Origin: the human T2T-CHM13v2.0 reference genome, Homo sapiens
DNA: 64,000 nucleotides
Assembly: GCF_009914755.1 (NCBI RefSeq)
Contig: NC_060933.1
Strand: one strand, 5' to 3'
The position numbers and the translations under genes were made by a program. This document shows positions 54,426 through 64,000 of this stretch, piece by piece; position 1 is the stretch's first letter; each line of letters starts with the position of its first letter. The notes under the pieces are model-generated. The model saw only the letters and a list, made by a program, of their open reading frames with translations, was not told the DNA's origin and searched no databases.

Positions 54426-57400
54426 TGGGTAGCTGCCTTTCAATGTGCTTCTGCACCCACAGATTTGGAAAAGGGCATTTTTAGGCAGCAGTCTTTCAAC
54501 TCTTTTCATCCTGTAGGTTTAGCCTGCCATTTACATTTGATACACATGAAGAGGCTAATGGGAAGGAAATCTATAGAACTGGAATTGGAAGTCCTTTCGA
54601 ATCCCAAATTCCCTTGGTCTAAGAGCCAGTCTCTCTTCTTTCTAGCATTTTGACAATGGTCGTGCCACAGCAGAGGTGGTGGTCAAAGATCTCCCAAAGA
54701 CCAGGATCTAAGGCTCTGAGTACTTGGAGAGACAAAACTCACTCCTTCTTTGTAGATTCAGAGAGAGAGAGAGAGAATGAGGAGATACCTTGAAGCTGAG
54801 GGTCTGCTTGGCTTTTCGAGGTTTTTTTTTAAGATATGTTTTTTAAAAATTTTCTGGAGTGGGAATTGGGATTGTGTGCACTGGGAAGGGGAATAGCAGA
54901 GAGCTGGGTCTGGAGTTGGGTGTGCCTCCCTAGCCCTATTAAGGCCCTATCTCCATTACCGACGCTAGGTAAATGTCTTCTTAAGAGATAGAGCCAGCCC
55001 CTCAAATCCAGATCTGGGAACCAAAGGCATCCACGCTAGAAGGGGCACTCCCTGCTTCTCTTTCTACATAGCATTACATAGGTATTTTCCCACCATGTGA
55101 GGACTTAGATAAGAGAAGGATAAGAGCCAGAAAGATGTCCACATCTCGCCGGGACACCTAGCACCAGGCCCTCCTACAGGGGACCTCATATGTAAATAGC
55201 AGAATGGGGAGCAGAGAACAGAGAGACCCCAGAAATCCAGAGTCCAGGCTCTGAGGTCACTTTGGCAGGAATGGTCCTCTGGCCTTATGAAGAACAGAGG
55301 GGCAATATGACACTGTTTAGAAGCTCAGGGGGTGGTAGCTGTTAGGAGGAATCAGCCAAGGAAGCTAATGGATCTCTTCCAGGTTCTGGTTGGGAAGCAG
55401 AGGAATGAACTTAACGGCCTCTGGAAGTAATGTCTATACTGAAGTCCCCTTCTCACACTTTCTGACTGTGTTCCTCCCTGGGAAATAATTCCAGTGGGCT
55501 TGTGCTTATCTGCAAGTCTGGGGTAATTATGAATTATTAATTCATCATTAAGACTTAATTGTGACCATTGCTCTCCAGTGGACCCATTTATCTCCTTCTT
55601 TGTGAGGCAGAGGGCAGCCTCTGTTAGCCCTTGGCTTCTGTAACAGGCAAACCGAGGCCAGCCCCTCTTGAAGGCAGTCCTTGAACTCTGCCCCAGGTGG
55701 GATGGTTGCCTCATTACCAGTCAAGTCATGTTGCACCTCAGAGTATTTGTGCGATAGAGCCACCTCCCACAAACTTTGGATTTCAAAGTGCTTTGTAGGC
55801 TCCTGGAGGGATAGAGTAGGGGACTGGGAGTGAGACTCCAACAGGGGAAGAAACTTGGCCAAGCTGTGTGTGGAGACAGGAATTAAGGCGAGGTGGGAGG
55901 ACTCCCAGGCACAGTATCCAAGCAATCTGGGATCAGGAATGGGCATTTTGCCTTCCTTACCCTAAGGAGATGCTAGTCTCCCTCAACTCTCTGGGGACTC
56001 CTGAACACACATCTGGCCCCTTTTCCTGACCTCTCTTCCCCCACCAGCCTCTCAATAGAGAAGCACAGGTTTCAAGACACATCATCCCCTCCGATGGTTA
56101 GGGGTGGGAAAGTCAGATCTGCCAGTTGTTTCACATCTGTGAGAGGCCTGGAGAGGGAGAAAACTGCTCCTATCCCATGAGGTAATTCCCATCTAAATCC
56201 CTGCTATAAGCTCACCTCCCCCAGCACTGAAACAATTCTCTTCATCCTTTTTTCCCCACTATTCTTCCCTCTGGAACCACAGACAGGGAGATTGAGGGCG
56301 GGAGAGGCATCTCCCAACAGCTGTACCTAGAGGAAGAGACAGAAGTAGGAAATGAGGGGAGAGTGGCTTAAACCTGTTATTTCCCACAAGGTTTATCTCC
56401 ATTCTTCAAACCCAGGTCAACACCCTGAAACCAGAGCCATGGGAAGCCCTCTCTCCTTGTTCCCCCAACTCTCTCTCTCTCACAGAAAAGGAGCCCTGTG
56501 TCCCTCCCTGAGGCCAAGGGGCTGCTCTAAAAACTGCTCTAAGAACACTACCACTTTCTACAGGACACCTGAGGGCCCAACACCCATGGATCTCTAGTGC
56601 CTGTCTGGTCCAGAGGGAGCCAGTGGCTCTTGCCAGCACATCAACATTTTGTGCCCCACGAGGGGGGTGGTCCATGGAGTCATCTCAACTTTCAGCCCAG
56701 ACCTCACTCACTCTTTCTCCAAGCCACGCCAACATTCCTTGGTCTCTTCCAAGCCAGGAGGCAGGTAGGAAGCCCATTCAGAGGGTCCCCTGGAACTGGC
56801 TAATATAGTTTAATTTACTGTTTGGTGGTAAATAAAGAGAACTTGGGAAAAAAGGGAAGGAGCAACTGTGCCTAGCGTCCTTCTCAGCCACCCGTCCCCT
56901 GGACATTGGCTTTCTCCTTGAAACAGTGCACTGTTGTTCTTGGACAACCATTCCCCACCATCTTCGTTGGAAGGGCTTGAGTTTCACCCTCCGTTCACCC
57001 CCATTAATCACCCCAGCAGCTAAACATCACCCAGCCCCCTCTGGCCCTTTCTCTTCTTGCCCTTAGTATTCATGGCGGAGCATTCCTCACTGCTGCACGC
57101 TCACAAAGACCCCTCCTCTGACACGAGGTCCCTCCCACTCCCCAACCACCCAGTCCACGATGGGCACTGCTCACTGTTCTGGATGTTCCAACTGCCGGTG
57201 CCCACTCCTGGACCCCGTTCCCCCACTCCCCAGCTATCTCCGTAGCCACGGCCCCCTTCCCATGCACGTGTTGGCTTACCACACCCTCCTTCAGGTACCT
57301 CCTCTTAGCCCTACAAACCCTCTTCAGTCTTTCCCAGCCACCATTCTGTCCTCCATGCCCTATGCATGTGTAGCCCTTGTCTGCTTCCCTATACTTCTTG

Positions 57401-57489
57401 CTTCTCTCTTCTTTCCTTCCCCAAGACATTCCGTAGGCACTTCATATGGTGGACCAGAAGCCCTTCCCTTCTGGCCTTGAGAAAGTGAG

Positions 57490-57710
57490 AGGCAGTGTAC
57501 CACAGGGGTTAAAAGCATGGGTTTGTGATTCAAGTCCCTCATCTGACACTCGCTAGTTGTACAAACTTGGGCAAATTACTTAACATCTCTGAGCCATCCA
57601 TAAAATAGACATACCCACTGACCTTATAGAGTTGTTCTGTAGATCAGATTGAATTTTATTTGCATAGATCCAAGCATTCAGCAGGGGCTTGATAAATGGT
57701 AGTTATTGTG
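57490..57710 (+). mobile_element. MIR
   Basis: MIR core ttgggcaaattacttaacatctctgagcc. Confidence 0.75.
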
Positions 57711-57911
57711 TTACAAGCTTCTTGTGAAGAAAGAGAGATGTTCTTCAGATTCTAAAAAGTGAAGGAATTGCCTCCTCCAGCACCAGAGAGGGAGGGATAA
57801 AAATTACACAGTGTTGCAGATAATCAGGACCCATTTACCGGGCAGTGATACTCTTCTATTAGCTCTAGAGGGTCTCAACTTTCGCTGCACATTGGAACCC
57901 CCAGCGAGTTT

Positions 57912-58218
57912 TTTTGTTTGCTCATTTTTGTTTTTGAGATGGTGTCTTGCTCTTGTCACCCAGGATAGAGTGCGGTGGCACATCTCGGCTCACTACAACC
58001 TCTGCCTCCTGGGTTCAAGCAATTATCCCTGCCTCAGCCTCCCGAGTAGCTGGGATTACAGGTGCTTGCCACCATGCCCAGCTAATTTTTGTATTTTTAA
58101 TAGAGACGGGGTTTCACCATGTTTGCCAGGCTTGTGTCAAACTCCTCACCTCAGGTAATCCGCCCGCCTCGGCCTCCCAACGTGCTGGGATTACAGGTGT
58201 GAGCCACCATGCCCAGCC
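57912..58218 (-). mobile_element. AluS-type (Sp/Sq-like) SINE
   Basis: Antisense full Alu. Confidence 0.92.
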
Positions 58219-58308
58219 ACAAGTTTTTTAAAATACTGATGCCTGGGTCCCACCTCCAGAGATTCCAATTTGGTTGGCCTGTAGTAGGGCCTGGGCATCT
58301 GGATTTTT

Positions 58309-58876
58309 TTTTTTATTATACTTTAAGTTTTAGGGTACATGTGCACATTGTGCAGGTTAGTTACATATGTATACATGTGCCATGCTGGTGCGCTGCACCC
58401 ACTAACTTGTCATCTAGCATTAGGTATATCTCCCAATGCTATCCCTCCCCCCTCCCCCCACCCCACCACAGTCCCCAGAGTGTGATATTCCCCTTCCTGT
58501 GTCCATGTGATCTCATTGTTCAGTTCCCACCTATGAGTGAGAATATGCGGTGTTTGGTTTTTTGTTCTTGCGATAGTTTACTGAGAATGATGATTTCCAA
58601 TTTCATCCATGTCCCTACAAAGGACACGAACTCATCATTTTTTATGGCTGCATAGTATTCCATGGTGTATATGAGGGATCTAGAACTAGAAATACCATTT
58701 GACCCAGCCATCCCATTACTGGGTATATACCCAAATGACTATAAATCATGCTGCTATAAAGACACATGCACACGAATGTTTATTGCGGCATTATTCACAA
58801 TAGCAAAGACTTGGAACCAACCCAAATGTCCAATAATGATAGACTGGATTAAGAAAATGTAGCACATATACACCAT
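58309..58876 (-). mobile_element. 5'-truncated L1PA2 with 5' inversion (twin priming)
   Basis: Poly-T and antisense 3'UTR 58309-58673, sense ORF2 tail 58674-58878, perfect 15-bp TSD GGCATCTGGATTTTT (58294-58308, 58877-58891). Confidence 0.95.
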
Positions 58877-59739
58877 GGCATCTGGATTTTTAAAACTCCC
58901 CAGGTTGCTAATGTGTAGCCAGAGGTTGAGATGCAGGCCCTAGGAAATGATACAAGAGATAAGGGGAGGGCTGACACTTCTGCCAGAGCAAGAGAGGGGA
59001 GGGATACTCAGCTGAGAGCTGCTTCTCAACCTTGGACATCCCCTCACCACAGGCACTGCTTCAGTCCGGGAGGTTTTCACTTAGAATTAGCTTCTCTTGA
59101 GATCCCAGAATTTCAGAGACTCTCACCCTTTTCATTTCCTATAGCTATTAGAATTTACAAAGGGGCCACCCCAAGAGGAGACAGAGGAATTGACAAATTG
59201 ACCTCTAAGAGGCTCATCTCTTATCCGAAAAGCATATGGTCCCCAGATCACCAGTGATAGAAGCAGAGGCAGATACCTCTAGTAGTTGGAAAATTTGTAG
59301 TTACATAGTAAATGGAGTTTCTACCTGGTTGCTACAATAATAGGCCAAGCGATTAGGATACAAGTTTCCAGGATCTTTTCCTATATTTCCAAAAAGATAA
59401 ATCACCCCTAGGAACAGAATCTGCATATTGTAATTAACTGATAAATATTTCATGCCTGGCTCAAACTTTCTCCTCTTCTATTTAATGGCCACAAACTTGA
59501 GCACAGAGGAAACAGCAGTGAGGAGAGTGGGGGTTGGCTGTAGTTGGGAGGTTCTACCTTGGCTTCAGGGAGGGAGAAACTGTCTTGGTTAATTATTTAC
59601 TGTCCTCCTCTTCTTTTAAGAAAACATTGCTCACCTGGAGAAAATCAGGTCCCAGGTGGTAAAGGGTGTGACTTGGGCTTGTTGGCCTCAGCCCTGACCT
59701 CCCCCAGGAGAGGCCAGGTTTTGGTGACCCTGGGGGTGC

Positions 59740-60850
59740 TGGGAACTGCAGGCTTTGGAGTCAAGGGCCCAGTGTTTAAACAAGAGCTCTGTTCTGTCAC
59801 TTATTAACTGGATAGCTTTAGGTAATTTACGTAATTTATGTGAAACTCAGTTTCTTCATCTGTAAAACAGACATAATTTTTACCTTGTAGGGTGGCCTAT
59901 GCTCAGTTGGCTCTCAATGCATGATAACTATTATTATCAACAGTAACAATGAATAATTAATAGCCCATTGGATTGTACTCTTTCCCTTCCTCAACCCTGC
60001 TCCAATGTGTAGGGCACCTAAACTACTGAATGCTTACTGTGAGTATGGTGAATGCCTTAGCTCAATTAATCAACATAATTCTTTGAAGGGAATGTCTTAT
60101 CATCCCTACTTATCTGTGTTTTGCAAATGAGGGAACAGGGCCTGCAGAAGTTAAATACCCTGCCAGGTGTCACACAACTAAGTGGTTAAGAGCACAGGCT
60201 CTGCAGTCTGACTGTGTAGTTTCAAATTTGGGCTCTGCCGCTTAATAATAGACTCTCCTTGACTTACGATGAGGCTGTGTCCCGATAAAGCTGTAGCAAG
60301 CTGAAAATATTGTAAGGTGGATATGCATTTCATACACCTAACCCACCAAACATCATAGTTCAGCCTCGCTTACCTTAAAGTGCTCAGGACACGTTCATCA
60401 GCCTACAGTTGGGCAAGATCATCTAGCACAAAGCCTATTTTATAATAAAGTGTTGAATATCTCATGTATTCAACATGAGATATTTATTCATCTCATGTAT
60501 TCAACATGAGATTCAACATGTTATAATATACTGTACTGAAAGTGAAAAACAGAGCGGTTGTATGAGTATTAGAAGTACAGTATCTAATGAATGCATATCA
60601 CTTCGGCATCATCATAAAGCTGAGAAATTGTAAGTCAAAGCATCATAAATTGAGGACCGTCTGTGATCACTGCAGGATGGAACATAAACTGCTTAACCTC
60701 GCTAAGCCTCAGTTTCTTCATCTGTAAGTTGGGGATATGAATGGTACCTACCTGAAAGGTAGTTGTGAGAATTAAGTGAGAAATGCGTGTATAGTGCCTG
60801 TCTCAGTACTGGCATGTGGTAAGTGCCTAGTAAATGTGAGTTGTCAGTAC
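59740..60850. mobile_element. Cluster of MIR fragments (the last split by MER47A)
   Basis: MIR cores ctcagtttcttcatctgtaaaa at ~59847 and ~60708, plus antisense core ttttgcaaatgagggaacagg at ~60119. Confidence 0.7.
60249..60663 (+). mobile_element. MER47A (Tigger-type MITE)
   Basis: ctccttgacttacgatgaggctgtgtcccgataaa...gaggaccgtctg matches the MER47A consensus as recalled. Confidence 0.85.
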
Positions 60851-61839
60851 CATCATCATACTACCCAGCAACTCAGTGCCATGGCGTCTCCTGCTCTTTG
60901 GTGGTGTTTGGGAGGTGAGTGAGTGTGAGGGTCCTCCAAAGGTCACAGAGCTGCTCTTTTAACTCCCCCTGACAGACACACACACTTCAGTATCTAGGAC
61001 TCGGGAGAAAGGACACTAAGCAGATTATGACTCCATTTCAGGAATTAAATCAAAACTCAAGACTATCTCAATTTGGCTTCTGACTAGAGGGAAAGGTTAA
61101 AAGGGAGTGAGGAAGCGGCTGGGTGTGCGTTCAGAATTGCAATTGGTTCTGGATCCCACCTCCCAGCCCCTCCACAGGGCCAGGCCCAAGGAGTATCCCC
61201 CAGGGGTGGAGGAGTGAAGGAGCCTTAGAACCTGTGTTATCTGAATGTGGGTGAGGTGGGGAGAACATGGTCAAGGAGTTGGGAAATTATCCAGAAACAT
61301 TTTTCAAAGGGAGATCTTCCCGCATACCACCTCAGCCTGGCTCTGGATTGCAGGGGAACCCCAGAACGGATGGGGTCTGGGGGCTTAAGACAGGTAGGTG
61401 GCCTCAGTAGAGGGGAGAAAAAGTCCTGCTGGAGACAGTCGCCTCCCTGGAGAAGTACCTGGGCTAGCGTTCTCTTTAAAGACGTCTAAGCAGTCCTGGT
61501 ATGCTAAAAACATTATGTGTATGTGTATAAACATATATTCTGTGTGTGAGTAGCCACTCAGCTCTTACTTGGCTTCGCACATTTGGCCCAGATTATTCTG
61601 AGCATTGTAAACTAAAAGTGAAATTCGCTTTCTACTTAAGAGAGAGCGTGATTTTCCTCAGTATTATCTCCCGTGCCCCCAACACTCCACCAGGCTTTAA
61701 AGGCCATTATACAGAAGGGAGAACTGAGACTCCAGGAGATCGGTGGCTTGTTCAGAATCACAGAAGCAGCGTGGATCCAAGAAGGGATCTGTTCCCAAAC
61801 AGAAACCAGTGTCTTGGGAGAGAGAGAGCAGAGGAAGCC

Positions 61840-62200
61840 CGCACCTCTGCCCTAACCTGAGGCTTTGAGCCTCCCGCAAAGCCGAGTGAGTTGAGAGCGC
61901 CCAGAAGGCAGACGCTGCGGAGGGAGAGACTCCTGGGCTAGCCAAACAGCAGGGCCTCGGGCAAGAGCGTCACCTGCGCATCCTCATTCTGCGATTACTG
62001 TCAGGGGACCATCCATCAAAGCCGCCCTGGACGCTGGGCCAGACTGCCCGCCGCCGGCACCGACCGGGTCTCTCCAGATCGCATTAGCGTGGGGCGAGGG
62101 CTCAGTGCGGCACTGGCTGCTGAGGGAGAGGCGTGGCGGGGAGGGGGGCGGGGCGGGGGGACGGGGACATCGCGGTGGGGCCATTGCAGGGGCAGGGGAG
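61840..62200. promoter_or_regulatory. CpG-rich patch with adjacent MEIS/PREP, PBX-HOX and TCF motifs and GC boxes
   Basis: CTGTCA 61998-62003, CCATCCATCA 62009-62018, CATCAAAG 62014-62021, GGGGCGGGGCGGGGG near 62145. Confidence 0.55.
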
Positions 62201-62559
62201 TGGCTGCTTTAGGACCCTCCTCCTTTTCTTCCAATCTCCCGCCTCTGGGATCTAAGGTGGATGAAAGGGGCACTAGAATGGGCGGCTTTTGGGGGGCAGG
62301 GGGTGCAGAACACTGAAGGCATCAGGGAAGGGTAGTGATGGGGGCAGTTATCAGAAGCAGAGAGGAAGAAATACCTGTAAAGGGGAAAGCCAGAGAAATT
62401 GTCTGGGGAGGGGAGAGACTGAAAATGGGGGTGCAGAGATTGGGGGTTAGTGGAAGAAAAAGCCTTAAAGGGAAAGGAAAAGAGAAGCTGTAGAGGGAAA
62501 AAGAATAGGCAAGGAATTGACGAGAGAGCAGGGAAACAGGAAACCACAGATCGTCAGGG

Positions 62560-62790
62560 GCTGACAAAACCTTAGAGACAATCTACTGCAGCCCCTCATT
62601 CTACAAATGAAGAAATGGAGGCCCAGAGAGGGGAATCCCTTCTCCAAAGACCCACTCCACCTGCTGGCTGGGCAGGCTCTTGACCGCAGGCTCATTCATT
62701 CAACCCATGTGTTTTGAGCATCTGCTGTGTGCTGGGCACTGGTCTGCCGAGATGATGCAGGATCAGCTCCTGCCCTCCAGAAGCTACAGT
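62560..62790 (-). mobile_element. MIR fragment followed by an L2 3' end
   Basis: cctcattctacaaatgaagaaatggaggcccagagagg; cattcattcaacccatgtgttttgagcatctgctgtgtgctgggcactg. Confidence 0.65.
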
Positions 62791-64000
62791 CTTTCCTCAG
62801 GGGCTTGGAGAGGCTGAGCATCCAGGAAGCTCCCTCACCCCCAGCCAGGAGGGACTCCCTGAGCCCCACCTCTCCTGGCCACTGAACCTTCCTTGCCCTC
62901 TGCTGTTCTGCTTATCTCCTCATGGAGGGTGGCCGTTCCCTGGAAGATCTTCCCTCTCCACTTTCCTGGGGACTCCCCAGGTGTGGAGACAGGTACTCGA
63001 CAGTTTGGCCAACTTGTTCTATCTCCCACAGCCAACAGCGTAGGCCTAAAAGCAAAGTCCATATTCCTTGCTGGGTTTCACCTCTGGGCATGGACAAATC
63101 CCACAGGTTGGACTGAGATCCAATTGAGCTGTGGTAAGGAGGATTGAGGCTGGACATGAAGAAGTACTTCCAGGTCCCACAGTGTGGGATCATTTTCCTG
63201 CTGGGGCTTTAAAGTAGCTGTCCTTCTGTGAGCACAGTGTTGGCACCATCTTCCAGGGAAGGACTTGTCTTCCTCAGTCTCCAGTTAGCCTTGTGCGAGG
63301 CATTATGCTGGGAATGTTGGGGTTCCAGATACCTGGTCTCTGACCATGGGGTTTCTGCTCTAGACATGGGTGAACTGACATCTCCCTGGCATCCTCCCAG
63401 TCACTGCCAGCTCTGCAACATCATGGAACCCCTGAGTCCTTCACAACTCCCAGATCATCTCATCCTTCCTCCTTGCTCTGGGAAGACCATGTCTGAGTAG
63501 TTCCAACCAACCTCTCACCTTAAACCCAGTCCCTGATAATGAGAAGTACCTCCTTAGTCTGGACTTGACCTTCCTTGCTGCCATGGTCCATCAGCAATGA
63601 CCAGGGCTGAAGCAGCACGTTTTTTCTATAAACACCGCTCCCTCCCAGTGATGCTCACCCAATCCTCGGTGGTCAGGCAGGGAGTGGGGACAGCTTCCTG
63701 CCAAGAGCTCTGGAAGGCAGCTCTGCCTCCTCTGCCTGAAGCAAGCTCCTGTATACTCTGAGATGGTGGTGTTCATTTTAAAGAAGGGACCATCTTTCCT
63801 CCACAGCCCAGCTTACATTTGGAGGGAGACAAATGTGAGTTTCCAATCCCAGAATCTTAGCCACTGTACCAATCTCCATGGATGCGTGGGATTCAGGAAA
63901 GGAGAGAAATGAGCAGAGTGAGGACATGGATAGAATCCATTTCCTACCCCTTGTTCCAGCCCAAGTCCCAGGGAAAGGCCCACAGAGGGCAAGAGAGGTG

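Larger units (their letters stand above)
57866..58940. mobile_element. MER5A DNA transposon split by an Alu and an L1PA2
   Basis: aaaatactgatgcctgggtcccacctccagagattc...ggcatctggatttttaaaactccccagg is MER5A-like. Confidence 0.8.

Noticed and set aside
47198-64000. Naming the developmental locus from which the right-hand block derives
   Set aside because: No coding exon is recognisable and I cannot run a search, so any gene name would be a guess.

Overview
Primate, almost certainly human, genomic DNA with the look of a pericentromeric segmental-duplication mosaic. Two ORFs match what I recall as FAM27D1 and FAM27E-type sequences, which points to the chromosome 9 pericentromere. There are three blocks. 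(1) 1-41.88 kb is AT-rich and made largely of nested retroelements: old L1s, THE1/MST, an LTR22 with a second LTR inside it, Tigger3b split by a young L1PA, Alus, a class III ERV with a gamma-type env remnant and an antisense HERV-H inside it, and an apparent ancient L1 3' transduction. (2) 41.89-47.2 kb holds about 2.2 copies of a ~2.4 kb GC-rich unit (SST1/NBL2-like) with an internal inversion; it carries the FAM27 ORFs and an NRF1/CCAAT/TATA-like promoter cassette. (3) 47.2-64 kb is GC-richer and repeat-poor, with CpG-rich patches, a perfect DR5 retinoic-acid response element and several PBX-HOX/MEIS composite sites, like a fragment of a developmental regulatory landscape. I found no convincing conventional protein-coding gene, RNA gene or new multi-gene system. 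Repeat family names and gene symbols come from memory of consensus sequences, not from a database search.
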